Notes: generated by a model not told the origin, from the letters alone. A DNA stretch of 64,000 nucleotides from Parcubacteria bacterium C7867-006 (GCA_001189155.1 LFCP01000001.1:23160-87159); one strand, 5' to 3'. Positions 49,588-59,826 are shown, counted from the first letter of the stretch. Translations and numbers: made by a program.

Positions 49588-49887
49588 ATGAACACAGCTT
49601 TATCTATAGATGTAATAAAAGAATGGGGCTTACAAAAACTTTCTCCCGAGAAACAGGAGGAAATGGTTGAGCGCATAGGTCGTATAATGTACCAGGCTAT
49701 TTTAGTGAGGTCTTTGGATATTCTTTCAGAAAAAGAACAAGATGAGTTCGATGCTCTTTTAGACAAAGACGATACAACTCCACAGACCGTTCTATCTTTT
49801 CTAGAATCAAAAATCCCAACTTTTCAAGAGTTACTAAAAGAAGAAAAAAACAATCTAAAGAGAGATTTATTGATACCGTTGGAGTAG
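49588..49887 (+). CDS. Small acidic helical hypothetical protein (resembles CPR DUF5663-type)
   Basis: 99-aa ORF coupled to upstream gene; GL..L..E.QEE pattern. Confidence 0.7.
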   Translation: MNTALSIDVIKEWGLQKLSPEKQEEMVERIGRIMYQAILVRSLDILSEKEQDEFDALLDKDDTTPQTVLSFLESKIPTFQELLKEEKNNLKRDLLIPLE

Positions 49888-50075
49888 GGCAACCATTGAC
49901 TATTTTTGGTGTTTTGACTACTATATTCTAATCGCCGTTTTTGCGTGTCAGGAAAGTATTTTTCTGCACTAAAGTTCCTAAAATTCAGCGATAATATTTA
50001 TTGCTCGAACGTTGAGTTTTTGGAATTTCCAAAATGGCAAAATTATAAGGGTTTAATAATTTTAATAATAAAAAT

Positions 50076-51272
50076 ATGACAGATTTTGATCGATCAAAGC
50101 CGCATATGAACGTTGGTACAATCGGCCACGTTGACCACGGTAAGACAACATTAACAGCAGCTATCCTTACAGTTCTAGGACGACAAGGAAATGGTTACGG
50201 TGCCAAAATCAAGGGAGTTGGAGAAATCGACTCAGCACCTGAGGAAAAAGCAAGAGGAATTACTATTGCTCTTTCACACAACGAGTACGAGACACCTACA
50301 AGACACTATGCTCACGTAGATGCCCCAGGACACGCTGACTACATCAAAAACATGATTACTGGTGCCGCTCAAATGGACGGTGCAGTACTAGTGGTAGCAG
50401 CTACAGATGGTGTGATGCCTCAAACACGAGAGCACGTACTTTTGGCAAAGCAGGTTGGAGTTCCAAAGATCATTGTTTTCCTAAACAAGTGTGACATGGT
50501 TCCAGATGCAGAGCTTATTGATCTAGTTGAGGAGGAAGTTCGAGAACTCCTTACAAAGCAAGGATTCGATGGAGCAGGAGCTCCAGTTATCCGAGGTTCA
50601 GGACTAAAAGCTCTTGAATCAGCATCTAACGACGACGAGTGGGCAAAGAAAGTGTTGGATCTAGCAAATGCACTAGACACATACTTCCCAGTTCCACAAC
50701 GAGATCTTGATAAGCCATTCCTAATGCCAGTTGAGGACATATTCTCAATCGAAGGACGAGGAACAGTGGTTACAGGAAGAATCGAGAGAGGTGTTATCAA
50801 AGTAGGTGAGGAAATCGAGTGTGTTGGTCTACACGATACACAGAAGTATACAGTTACTGGTATTGAAATGTTCAACAAATCTCTATCAGAAGGACAAGCT
50901 GGAGACAACGCAGGTATCCTACTCCGAGGTGCAAAGAAAGAAGAAATTCACCGAGGTCAGGTTCTTGCAAAGCCAAAGTCAGTGACTCCACACACAGAGT
51001 TTACAGCTGAGGTTTATATCCTAAAGAAAGAGGAAGGAGGACGACACACACCATTCTTCTCTGGTTACAAGCCACAGTTCTACATCCGAACTACAGACGT
51101 TACAGGAGATGTGACTCTAAACGAGGGAGTAGAGATGGTTATGCCAGGAGATACAGTTACATTCAAAGTTAAACTAGTAGCACCAGTTGCTCTAGAAGAT
51201 AACACAAGATTTGCTATTCGAGAGGGAGGTAAAACAGTTGGAGCCGGCGTGGTTACAAAAATCATCGCTTAA
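50076..51272 (+). CDS. tuf: Elongation factor Tu
   Basis: [31 protein letters not shown]. Confidence 0.98.
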   Translation: MTDFDRSKPHMNVGTIGHVDHGKTTLTAAILTVLGRQGNGYGAKIKGVGEIDSAPEEKARGITIALSHNEYETPTRHYAHVDAPGHADYIKNMITGAAQMDGAVLVVAATDGVMPQTREHVLLAKQVGVPKIIVFLNKCDMVPDAELIDLVEEEVRELLTKQGFDGAGAPVIRGSGLKALESASNDDEWAKKVLDLANALDTYFPVPQRDLDKPFLMPVEDIFSIEGRGTVVTGRIERGVIKVGEEIECVGLHDTQKYTVTGIEMFNKSLSEGQAGDNAGILLRGAKKEEIHRGQVLAKPKSVTPHTEFTAEVYILKKEEGGRHTPFFSGYKPQFYIRTTDVTGDVTLNEGVEMVMPGDTVTFKVKLVAPVALEDNTRFAIREGGKTVGAGVVTKIIA

Positions 51273-51292
51273 TTTTAAACTTTAATAAGTTT

Positions 51293-51376
51293 TCAAAAAA
51301 CCACCTTTGGGTGGTTTTTTGATTGTATGAAAAAACACTTGAACAAAAAATGATTATCTGGTAGTATCTTGAAATC
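51293..51376 (+). promoter_or_regulatory. Terminator+promoter module, copy 1
   Basis: TCAAAAAACCACC/GGTGGTTTTTTGA hairpin then TTGAAC-17-TAGTAT. Confidence 0.75.
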
Positions 51377-51388
51377 AATTAAATTGAC

Positions 51389-51769
51389 ATGGCAACAAAA
51401 GAAACAACAAAGAAATCAGCTCCAAAGAAGGCTTCTGCAAAGTCTGCTGTAAAATCAGATGTTATTTCAAAGCTACGAATACGAGTTCGAGCTTATGAAT
51501 ACAAGATTCTAGACCTTTCAGTAAAGCAGATTATAGATACAGCTCTAAGATATGATGCAAAGGTAGAAGGACCCATCCCTCTTCCTACTGAGATAAAGAA
51601 ATATACTGTAAACCGATCATCTTTCGTTTACAAAAACGCCAGGGAGCAGTTCGAAATGAGAATTCACAAGAGGGTAATAGACATTCTAAACCCTACACCA
51701 AAGATAATGGAGGCTTTAACAAACCTTTCATTACCATCAGGAGTGAACATCGACGTAAAGATAATTTAA
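51389..51769 (+). CDS. rpsJ: 30S ribosomal protein S10
   Basis: GPIPLPT, REQFEMRIHKR; Lys/Ala-rich N-terminal extension. Confidence 0.96.
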   Translation: MATKETTKKSAPKKASAKSAVKSDVISKLRIRVRAYEYKILDLSVKQIIDTALRYDAKVEGPIPLPTEIKKYTVNRSSFVYKNAREQFEMRIHKRVIDILNPTPKIMEALTNLSLPSGVNIDVKII

Positions 51770-51855
51770 TCAAAAAACCACCTTCCAGGTGGTTTTTTGA
51801 TATCTACTAAAAAAGACTTGAATAAAAAAACATTATCTGCTAGTATGACCCAATC
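51770..51855 (+). promoter_or_regulatory. Terminator+promoter module, copy 2
   Basis: Imperfect direct repeat of 51293-51376. Confidence 0.75.
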
Positions 51856-51946
51856 GCCGAATAGGCTTTTTTAAATGGTAACTAGTGAAGGGCAATGTTG
51901 AGAAATTCTTTCTCATTACTGTCCGCAAATCGTTACCGCAAATAAC

Positions 51947-52558
51947 ATGAAATTTATATTAGGAACAAAAGTAAATATGACTCAGATCTTTGACGAAAAA
52001 GGTCTAGTTCATCCTGTAACAGTTGTAAAAGCTGGTCCAGTTGTTGTTACACAGGTTAAAACAGTTGCAACAGATGGTTACAATGCTGTTCAAGTAGGTT
52101 TTGGCTCAAAGAGTGCAAAGAACACAAACAAAGCCATGACAGGTCACACAAAAGGTGGTAACTATGCACACCTAGTTGAGTTTAGAACAGAAGGAGAGCC
52201 TTCTTTTAAAGTTGGAGACTCTATCGATCTTTCTACATTTTCAGCGGGTGATATGGTTGTTGTTTCTTCAGTTTCTAAAGGAAAAGGATTCCAAGGGGGT
52301 GTTAAGAGACATGGTTTCAAAGGAGGTTCACGAACACATGGTCAGAAACACTCTGAACGAGAACCAGGTTCTATTGGAGGAGGGGGACGAGATGGAGGCC
52401 GTGTTGCAAAAGGAAAGAGAATGGCCGGAAGAATGGGTGGTGATAGAATCACATCAAAAGGTCTAACAGTTGTTAGTGTAAAGCCAGAGACTAACGAGAT
52501 TTTTATACAAGGAGCTATTGCTGGACGAAGAGGGACTCTTGTTGAGGTTGTAGGCTAA
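51947..52558 (+). CDS. rplC: 50S ribosomal protein L3
   Basis: DGYNAVQVG, SKGKGFQG, GKRMAGRMG. Confidence 0.96.
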   Translation: MKFILGTKVNMTQIFDEKGLVHPVTVVKAGPVVVTQVKTVATDGYNAVQVGFGSKSAKNTNKAMTGHTKGGNYAHLVEFRTEGEPSFKVGDSIDLSTFSAGDMVVVSSVSKGKGFQGGVKRHGFKGGSRTHGQKHSEREPGSIGGGGRDGGRVAKGKRMAGRMGGDRITSKGLTVVSVKPETNEIFIQGAIAGRRGTLVEVVG

Positions 52559-52569
52559 TTTTAAATAAT

Positions 52570-53235
52570 ATGGAAACTGTAATCTATAACACAAAAGGAA
52601 AAGAAGCGGGAAAAATTTCTCTACCAGAGGCAGTATTTGGTCTAAAATGGAATGCAGACTTGGTTCACCAGGTTGTGACTTCAATGGAGTCGTCTGCTAG
52701 AACAAATGTAGCTCATACAAAAAACCGAGGAGATGTACGAGGAGGAGGAAAGAAACCTTGGCAGCAAAAAGGAACAGGACGAGCTAGACACGGTTCTATC
52801 CGATCTCCACTATGGAGAAAGGGAGGTGTTACTCACGGTCCTTTAAAGGAGGAAAATTTTGAGAGAAAAGTAAACAAGAAAATGAAAGCAAAAGCTCTTT
52901 ATACTATTCTTTCATCAAAACTAAAAAAAGGTCAGATACTTTTCGTTGATGATATTTCAATGACTGCTCCAAAAACTAAAGACGCTGTTAGTGTAGTATC
53001 AAATCTTTCAAAAATAAAAGGTTACACAGATTTACTTTCAAAGAGAAAAAATTCAGCATATATAAATCTAGCTGATAAAAATATAAATACAGAAAAGAGC
53101 TTTAGAAACATGAATAACTTAGTTGTTGATGAAATAAGAAATATGAATCCTGTTGATTTGATGAAATATAAATATGTTGTTATTTCAAATCCAGAAAAAG
53201 CTCTTCCTCAAATAGTAAATAAACTCGATAAATAA
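52570..53235 (+). CDS. rplD: 50S ribosomal protein L4
   Basis: KPWQQKGTGRARHGS. Confidence 0.96.
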   Translation: METVIYNTKGKEAGKISLPEAVFGLKWNADLVHQVVTSMESSARTNVAHTKNRGDVRGGGKKPWQQKGTGRARHGSIRSPLWRKGGVTHGPLKEENFERKVNKKMKAKALYTILSSKLKKGQILFVDDISMTAPKTKDAVSVVSNLSKIKGYTDLLSKRKNSAYINLADKNINTEKSFRNMNNLVVDEIRNMNPVDLMKYKYVVISNPEKALPQIVNKLDK

Positions 53236-53236
53236 T

Positions 53237-53518
53237 ATGAAAAAAGATCTTAACGCATTTATAATAAGACCTCACATTACAGAAAAAGCTTCAATGAAGG
53301 CTGAGGGAGGAGTTTATGTTTTTGAAATTGCTTCAAATGCAACAAAGGCACAGGTTGAAAAAGCTTTCGAGGAAAAATACAAATTTAGTCCAGTAAAAGT
53401 TTCTACTGTAACTATTCCTGCAAAGAACGTTTTTGTTAGAGGAAAGAGAGGAAAGAAATCTGGCTATAAAAAAGCTTATGTTTACCTAAAGAAAGGAGAC
53501 AAGATTGAGACTCTATAA
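53237..53518 (+). CDS. rplW: 50S ribosomal protein L23
   Basis: PHITEKA, KKAYVYLKKG. Confidence 0.95.
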   Translation: MKKDLNAFIIRPHITEKASMKAEGGVYVFEIASNATKAQVEKAFEEKYKFSPVKVSTVTIPAKNVFVRGKRGKKSGYKKAYVYLKKGDKIETL

Positions 53519-53534
53519 TTTTTAAAAAACTTAT

Positions 53535-54377
53535 ATGAAACGATATAAACCAACATCAAAGTCTCGACGAGGAATGACAACAATCTCTTTTGGAGACTAC
53601 ATAACAGCAACAGAACCAGTAAAGTCACTTACTCATGGTTTTAGACGACAGATGGGAAGAAACCATCATGGAAAAATAACTACTCGACATAAAGGAGGAG
53701 GAGCAAAGAGACTATTCCGAGAGATTGATTTTAAATATGACAAAATAGACGTGCCTTATACTATAAAAACAGTTGAGTACGATCCAAATAGATCAGGATT
53801 TATTGGTCTCGCTCAGTATCAAGATGGAGCAAAGAGATACGTTCTTATCCCTAGAGGAATAAAAGTTGGTGATACATTTATAACATCTCCAAACGCTGAA
53901 CAAAAACCAGGAAATAGATTACAGTTAAAGAACATTACTATTGGTACTTTTGTTTACAATGTTGAAGTAAAACCAGAAGGGGGAGCAAAGCTAGCTCGTT
54001 CTGCTGGAAACTATGTAGAAGTTATTGCAAAGGATGCAGGATACGTAGATATCAAACTTCCATCAACTGAAGTTAGAAAAATAAAAGATACAGCATGGGC
54101 TTCTATTGGAGATGTTTCAAACCCAGAAAACAGACTAGTTAATCTAGGAAAAGCTGGAAGATCACGATGGCTAGGTATAAGACCTACAGTTCGAGGAACA
54201 GCTCAAAACCCAGTTGACCACCCATACGGAGGAGGAGAAGGAAGACAGGGAAGAGGCCGAAAGAGAGCAATCTCAGTTTACGGAAAGCCGACAGGAAAGG
54301 GTCAGAAGTCACGAACTCCAAAGAAGTATTCAAACAAATTCATCGTTTCAAGACGAAAAGTTGGAAAGAAGAAGTAA
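53535..54377 (+). CDS. rplB: 50S ribosomal protein L2
   Basis: EYDPNRS, RPTVRG, NPVDHPYGGGEG. Confidence 0.97.
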   Translation: MKRYKPTSKSRRGMTTISFGDYITATEPVKSLTHGFRRQMGRNHHGKITTRHKGGGAKRLFREIDFKYDKIDVPYTIKTVEYDPNRSGFIGLAQYQDGAKRYVLIPRGIKVGDTFITSPNAEQKPGNRLQLKNITIGTFVYNVEVKPEGGAKLARSAGNYVEVIAKDAGYVDIKLPSTEVRKIKDTAWASIGDVSNPENRLVNLGKAGRSRWLGIRPTVRGTAQNPVDHPYGGGEGRQGRGRKRAISVYGKPTGKGQKSRTPKKYSNKFIVSRRKVGKKK

Positions 54378-54410
54378 AAAACAAAACCGCCGAAAGGCGG
54401 TTTTGTTTTT
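54378..54410 (+). terminator. Intrinsic terminator after rplB
   Basis: AAAACCGCC-GAAA-GGCGGTTTTGTTTTT. Confidence 0.8.
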
Positions 54411-54615
54411 GGTTTATTTATTCGAAATTATTGGATTTTAGTGAAAATAGTCAAAGGTTGGTTTATTGGGGTTATATCTGTTGACATTATTAAGAGTTTT
54501 GTATAGTATAGTCGTCACTGAAGTATTTACATTCTGTTTGAGTTTTTAAGTAAGTCAGTACCACGAAAATGTGGTTTTCTTCTTGCCGATTTGGCGGGGA
54601 ATTAAAATAGACACA

Positions 54616-54960
54616 ATGACACGATCATCAAAAAAAGGTCCATATGTTGACGAAAGACTCCTTAAGAAAATTGAGGGTAAAAAGCCTATAGAAACAGGTG
54701 TTATAAAAACATGGTCTAGAGCCTGTGTTATTTCTCCCGAAATGATAGGTTTTAATTTTGGTGTACACAATGGAAAGACTCATATAGAAGTTCTAGTTTC
54801 AGAAGATATGGTTGGACACAGACTAGGCGAGTTCTCTCCTACAAAGAAATTCATAAAACACGGAGGAAAGATGCAGAAAGAGTTAGAGCAGAAGAAAAAG
54901 GAAAGTGAAATTGCTGCAGCTCAATCAGCTAAATCAGCAGGTGATTCAGCTAAGAAATAA
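54616..54960 (+). CDS. rpsS: 30S ribosomal protein S19
   Basis: [25 protein letters not shown]. Confidence 0.96.
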   Translation: MTRSSKKGPYVDERLLKKIEGKKPIETGVIKTWSRACVISPEMIGFNFGVHNGKTHIEVLVSEDMVGHRLGEFSPTKKFIKHGGKMQKELEQKKKESEIAAAQSAKSAGDSAKK

Positions 54961-54969
54961 TAAACTATC

Positions 54970-55410
54970 ATGGCAACAGCAAAAGCAACATTATCAAACT
55001 TCCGACAGGCACCTCGAAAAATGCGAATGGTGGCTAATACAGTAAGAGGAAAGAAAGTTTCTGAGGCTTTGATAAACCTAGACTTTGTTGCAAAGAAAGC
55101 TTCAGCTCCTATTAAAACTTTAATTGCTTCTGCTCTTGCTAACGCAAAAGCTCTTGATATTCCTACAGAAAATTTGGTTGTAAAAACAATCAAAGTTGAT
55201 GGTGGTTCAATAATGTACAGAAGACGACCAGCTGCTAGAGGATCAGCTCATCCTATCCGAAAGAGAACTTCTAGTATTTTTGTTGAGTTAGGAGAAGTAG
55301 AGTCAAAAAAGAAAGTTAAGGTTGCAAAGGAGGTTGCTATAGAAGCTCCAAAGGCTGAAGTAGTTAAAAAAGCTCCTAAGGCTAAAAAAACAACTACATC
55401 TAAAAAATAA
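54970..55410 (+). CDS. rplV: 50S ribosomal protein L22
   Basis: RQAPRKMR, PAARGSAHPIRKRTS. Confidence 0.95.
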   Translation: MATAKATLSNFRQAPRKMRMVANTVRGKKVSEALINLDFVAKKASAPIKTLIASALANAKALDIPTENLVVKTIKVDGGSIMYRRRPAARGSAHPIRKRTSSIFVELGEVESKKKVKVAKEVAIEAPKAEVVKKAPKAKKTTTSKK

Positions 55411-55415
55411 ATTCT

Positions 55416-56072
55416 ATGACACATACAGTACACCCATATTCACATAGACTTGGAATCATAAGAGATTGGAAATCTCGATGGTTTGGAGTTAAAGGAAAGT
55501 ACAAAGAGTTCTTAAAGAGCGATGTGCTTTTGCGAGAGTACCTAGAAAAGAAAATGCGAGGTATGTATGTTTCTAATATAGAGATGGAAAGAGGGGAGAA
55601 GGTTTTAAGAATCATTATAGAAACATCTAGACCTGGAGTTATTATAGGACGATCTGGTGATGGTGCTGTAAAACTAAAAAACGATATCATTGCTTTTCTA
55701 TCAAAAAATAAACTATCTTCAGGAGGAGAAGTAAAAGTTGATATCAAGGAGGTAAAATCTCCTGAATCAAATGCTACTATTGTTGCTCAGATGATTGCTG
55801 ATGGTCTTGAAAAGAGACTTCCTTTCAGAAGGGTAACAAAACAAATGGTTGAGAAAGTTATGGCTAACAGAGATGTTCTTGGAGTAAAGATTGAACTATC
55901 TGGAAGACTAGCTGGAGCAACTATGGCACGACAGGAGAAGATAAAGAGAGGACGAATTCCTCTTCAAACTCTTCGAGCTGACGTGGATTTCTGTAAGTAT
56001 GAAGCTAGACTTCCATACGGAGGAATCGGAATAAAGGTCTGGATATACAAAGGTGATATTTTCAATAAATAA
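55416..56072 (+). CDS. rpsC: 30S ribosomal protein S3
   Basis: RPGVIIG, GRIPLQTLRADVD, GIKVWIYKG. Confidence 0.96.
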   Translation: MTHTVHPYSHRLGIIRDWKSRWFGVKGKYKEFLKSDVLLREYLEKKMRGMYVSNIEMERGEKVLRIIIETSRPGVIIGRSGDGAVKLKNDIIAFLSKNKLSSGGEVKVDIKEVKSPESNATIVAQMIADGLEKRLPFRRVTKQMVEKVMANRDVLGVKIELSGRLAGATMARQEKIKRGRIPLQTLRADVDFCKYEARLPYGGIGIKVWIYKGDIFNK

Positions 56073-56082
56073 TTAAACTACC

Positions 56083-56505
56083 ATGTTATTACCAAAGAAA
56101 GTTAAATACAGAAAGTGGCACACATTCAGAAAAAACGCTAACAAGGTTGGAGTTGCTTCTCGTGGAACAACTGTTGCTTTCGGATCTCATGGTCTAAAGG
56201 CTCTTGAGGGTGCTCGAATTATGTCTAACCAGCTAGAGGCTGCTCGAAAAGCACTTTCAAGAGAGTCTGGAAAGACGGGAAAACTTTGGATTAGAGTTTT
56301 TCCAGATATGCCTCTTACAAAGAAACCAGCTGAAGTAAAGCTTGGAAAAGGAAAAGGAGACTTGTTTGGTTACTGTGCTCCAGTAAAACCAGGAAGAGTT
56401 ATTTTTGAAGTTGACGGTGTTTCAGATGCCGTTGCTAGAGAGGCTCTAAGAAAGGCTGGAACAAAGCTTCCTTTAAAGACAAAGGTAATAGCAGCTCACA
56501 ACTAA
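56083..56505 (+). CDS. rplP: 50S ribosomal protein L16
   Basis: MLLPKKVKYRK, WIRVFPD, GKGKG. Confidence 0.96.
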   Translation: MLLPKKVKYRKWHTFRKNANKVGVASRGTTVAFGSHGLKALEGARIMSNQLEAARKALSRESGKTGKLWIRVFPDMPLTKKPAEVKLGKGKGDLFGYCAPVKPGRVIFEVDGVSDAVAREALRKAGTKLPLKTKVIAAHN

Positions 56506-56509
56506 TACT

Positions 56510-56698
56510 ATGAAAGATTTAATCAAAAAAACTCCAAAGGAATTGATGACACTTTTGAAAGAAAAGCAGACAGCTCTTCGAGCATTCAGATTTTCTGTTG
56601 CAGGAAGTAATGCTAGAAATGTAAAAGAGGGAAGTGTGTTGAAAAAAGACATAGCTAGAATAATGACACTTCTTAACAAACCTACAGAGGCTAAATAA
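56510..56698 (+). CDS. rpmC: 50S ribosomal protein L29
   Basis: Position plus KKDIARIMT. Confidence 0.9.
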   Translation: MKDLIKKTPKELMTLLKEKQTALRAFRFSVAGSNARNVKEGSVLKKDIARIMTLLNKPTEAK

Positions 56699-56703
56699 AA
56701 CAT

Positions 56704-56961
56704 ATGAACAAGACTATGAAAAAAACAGAAGTAAGTAAATCACGAAAGCAACTAGTTGGAACAGTTGTTTCTGACAAGATGAAAGACACGGTAGTTGTTG
56801 AGGTAAGCCGCTTTGTAAAACACCCAAAGTATGATAAATATCTTTCTAAGGATAAGAGATTTAAAGCTGACGATAAGGGAAACACAAAGAAAGTGGGAGA
56901 TAAAGTAACTATCGAGGAGTGTGCACCTATCTCAAAAGATAAGAAATTCCGAGTAATATAA
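56704..56961 (+). CDS. rpsQ: 30S ribosomal protein S17
   Basis: GTVVSDKMKDTVVV, HPKY, PISKDK. Confidence 0.95.
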   Translation: MNKTMKKTEVSKSRKQLVGTVVSDKMKDTVVVEVSRFVKHPKYDKYLSKDKRFKADDKGNTKKVGDKVTIEECAPISKDKKFRVI

Positions 56962-56982
56962 TCTCGATTAACATTAAAAGCC

Positions 56983-57360
56983 ATGATACAACCAAGAACA
57001 ATAGTTAAAATAGCTGACAACACAGGAGCAAAGCTCGGAAGAATTTTCAAAGTGCTTGGAAGCTCAAAAAAGCGATACGCTAGTATCGGTGAATTGGTTG
57101 TACTTTCAGTTCAGAAGGCAGAGCCAAGAAAGTCTACAAAGAAAAAAGACGTAGTTTACGGTATTGTTGTTAGGCAAAAAGCTCCTTTCAGAAGAAAAGA
57201 TGGATCATACATTAGATTTGATGAGAATGCTGTTGTTATTGTAATGAAGGATGCAAAGAAAAAAGAGCCAGTTGCTGGACGTGTATTCGGTCCTATTCCA
57301 AGAGAGATTGGTGAAGTTGGATATCAGAAGATTATTTCTCTAGCACCAGAGGTAGTTTAA
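56983..57360 (+). CDS. rplN: 50S ribosomal protein L14
   Basis: ADNTGAK, IRFDENA, RVFGP, SLAPEV. Confidence 0.96.
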   Translation: MIQPRTIVKIADNTGAKLGRIFKVLGSSKKRYASIGELVVLSVQKAEPRKSTKKKDVVYGIVVRQKAPFRRKDGSYIRFDENAVVIVMKDAKKKEPVAGRVFGPIPREIGEVGYQKIISLAPEVV

Positions 57361-57371
57361 TTTTTAAATAT

Positions 57372-57593
57372 ATGCACGTAAAGAAAGATGATAAAGTAAT
57401 AGTTCTAACAGGAAAAGACAAGGGAAAAACTGGTACAGTTATTAAGTCTATGCCAAAAGAGGGTAAGGTAGTAGTTTCTGGAGTAAACGTATTAAAGTCT
57501 CATCAGAAGCCTAGAAGAGGGGGGGAGAAGGGACAGATTGTAGAGAAGACTATGCCTATTAGTGCTTCAAATGTTAAGAAAGTAGGTAAGTAA
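57372..57593 (+). CDS. rplX: 50S ribosomal protein L24 (short)
   Basis: KDDKVIVLTGKDKGKTG KOW motif. Confidence 0.93.
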   Translation: MHVKKDDKVIVLTGKDKGKTGTVIKSMPKEGKVVVSGVNVLKSHQKPRRGGEKGQIVEKTMPISASNVKKVGK

Positions 57594-57608
57594 GATAAAT
57601 AAAACACC

Positions 57609-58157
57609 ATGGAATCAACAAAAACAAAAACAGCAGGTGCATTCGAGGCTTTGAAAAAAGATTTCGGATACAAAAATAAGATGCAGGCTCCAAAAATACA
57701 GAAGCTGGTTGTTTCTGCTGGTGTCGGTTCAATAAAAGATAAAAAGAAAATTGAATTAGTTGCAGATAGACTTTCAAAAATCACTGGACAAAAACCAGTT
57801 AAGAAAGGAGCAAAGGTTTCTATTGCATCATTTAAAACACGACAGGGTGATATTGTTGGAATGCAAGTTACTTTGCGAGGAGCTAGAATGTATGATTTCC
57901 TAGATAAGCTTATTCATGTTGCTATTCCTAGAACAAAGGACTTCCGAGGTATTTCTCCTACAGGAGTAGATGAGATGGGTAACTACACTATGGGTATAAA
58001 AGAAAATACTATTTTCCCAGAATGTTCAGATGAAGAGTTGAAAGATGTTTTCGGCCTAGCTATCACAGTAGTTACAAACATAAAGAATCCAAAGGAAACA
58101 AAAGCATTTCTAGACTATCTAGGATTTCCATTTAAAAAAGTAGAAGCAAAGAAGTAG
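57609..58157 (+). CDS. rplE: 50S ribosomal protein L5
   Basis: ITGQKP, VTLRG, PRTKDFRG. Confidence 0.96.
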   Translation: MESTKTKTAGAFEALKKDFGYKNKMQAPKIQKLVVSAGVGSIKDKKKIELVADRLSKITGQKPVKKGAKVSIASFKTRQGDIVGMQVTLRGARMYDFLDKLIHVAIPRTKDFRGISPTGVDEMGNYTMGIKENTIFPECSDEELKDVFGLAITVVTNIKNPKETKAFLDYLGFPFKKVEAKK

Positions 58158-58269
58158 CATTAAGAAAAACCGCTCAATTGAGCGGTTTTTCTTTGGATTA
58201 CTAATGTTGACTTTTAATGGCTATTCTGATAACCTAAACCCAGCTTGAAAAAGCTTTTTTAATTACTTT

Positions 58270-58455
58270 ATGGCTAAGACATCAGTAAAAGCACGAGCAG
58301 CAAAGAAACCAAAGTTTAGTACAAAAGCTACTAATCGATGTTTTCGATGTGGCCGTGGAAGAGGATTCATGCGAGATTTCGGTCTTTGTAGAATCTGCTT
58401 TAGAGAGTTAGCTAATGAAGGTAAGATCCCAGGAATAAAAAAAAGTTCTTGGTAA
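58270..58455 (+). CDS. rpsN: 30S ribosomal protein S14 (Zn-binding type)
   Basis: RCFRCGR...LCRICFRE. Confidence 0.96.
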   Translation: MAKTSVKARAAKKPKFSTKATNRCFRCGRGRGFMRDFGLCRICFRELANEGKIPGIKKSSW

Positions 58456-58525
58456 GATAAAAGAAGTCTAGGAAAGTCTAGAACCGCTAGGGGACAGAAA
58501 CTGCCGAGATATAATAACAAAACAA

Positions 58526-58915
58526 ATGCACGATCCAATCGCAGACATGATAGTTAGAATGAAAAACGCTTCTGATTCAAGAAAAGAGTCAGTTGTATTT
58601 CCTCATTCAAAATTAAAACTAGCAATTCTAGATGTTTTAATGAAAAATGGTTTCGTAAAATCATTTGGTAAAAAGGGTAAGAAGGTTGCAAAATTTATTG
58701 AGGTTGTGTTGTCATATGATGATAATGGACCAAAAATAACTGGAGTAGAAAGAGTCTCAAAAACTTCAAAGAGAGTTTACAGTAAATCAAAAGAAATTAG
58801 AAAAGTTAAAAATGGTCTAGGTTTACTTGTTATATCAACTCCAAAAGGCATTATGACAGACAAAGAAGCGAAAGCTGCAAATGTTGGAGGTGAAGCTCTA
58901 TTTAAGATCTGGTAA
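58526..58915 (+). CDS. rpsH: 30S ribosomal protein S8
   Basis: DPIADM, STPKG, GGE. Confidence 0.96.
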   Translation: MHDPIADMIVRMKNASDSRKESVVFPHSKLKLAILDVLMKNGFVKSFGKKGKKVAKFIEVVLSYDDNGPKITGVERVSKTSKRVYSKSKEIRKVKNGLGLLVISTPKGIMTDKEAKAANVGGEALFKIW

Positions 58916-58927
58916 TAATATAAATAT

Positions 58928-59461
58928 ATGTCACGAATCGGAAAAAAAATAATAGCAATACCAGCAGGAACAGAAGTCTCTTTCACTTCAGGTGTTTTGA
59001 CTGTAAAAGGTTCACAAGGAACTCTATCAAAAACTTTCAAGGGTGATATTTTGGTAAATATTGCTGATGGAAATGTAACATTATCTCCAAAAATAATGAA
59101 TCTTGAAAACAAAGCTCTTTGGGGAACATATGCTTCTCACGTTATGAATATGATAACTGGTGTTACAACTCCATTTACAAAGAAACTTATCCTAGAAGGT
59201 ATTGGATATAAGTCAGAGGTAAAAGGAACAAATCTCGTTTTGGCCCTAGGTTTCTCACACCCAGTTAATGTACCAATTCCAGAGGGATTGAAAGTTACAG
59301 CTGATAAAAACGTTATAACAGTTACAGGTATAGATAAAGAAGTAGTAGGTGAGTTCGCTGCATCTGTTAGAGCTCTAAAGAAACCAGAACCATATAAAGG
59401 TAAGGGTATGAGATATGATGGTGAGGTTATTAAGCGAAAGCAGGGTAAGAAGACTGCATAA
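58928..59461 (+). CDS. rplF: 50S ribosomal protein L6
   Basis: [21 protein letters not shown]. Confidence 0.96.
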   Translation: MSRIGKKIIAIPAGTEVSFTSGVLTVKGSQGTLSKTFKGDILVNIADGNVTLSPKIMNLENKALWGTYASHVMNMITGVTTPFTKKLILEGIGYKSEVKGTNLVLALGFSHPVNVPIPEGLKVTADKNVITVTGIDKEVVGEFAASVRALKKPEPYKGKGMRYDGEVIKRKQGKKTA

Positions 59462-59475
59462 TAGAATCTAAAAAA

Positions 59476-59826
59476 ATGAAATCATTAAATTCAAAAGTAG
59501 CTAGTAGAACAAGAAGACACAAGAGAATCCGAGCAAAGATTTCAGGTACTTCTGACACACCTCGTCTTTCTGTTTTCAAATCTAACAAGCACATATCTGC
59601 TCAGCTTATTGATGACGTAAATGCAAAAACAATTGCTTCTGTGCACTCAAGAGATGTAAAAGGAAAGGGGATGATGGAAAAATCAACTAAAGTTGGAGAG
59701 GAGATTGCAAAGAAAGCTATTGCAAAAAATATAGATAAGGTTGTTTTTGATAGAGGAGGATTTATTTACACAGGGAATGTTAAGGCTTTAGCAGATGGTG
59801 CAAGAGCTGGAGGACTTAAGTTTTAA
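59476..59826 (+). CDS. rplR: 50S ribosomal protein L18
   Basis: [22 protein letters not shown]. Confidence 0.96.
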   Translation: MKSLNSKVASRTRRHKRIRAKISGTSDTPRLSVFKSNKHISAQLIDDVNAKTIASVHSRDVKGKGMMEKSTKVGEEIAKKAIAKNIDKVVFDRGGFIYTGNVKALADGARAGGLKF

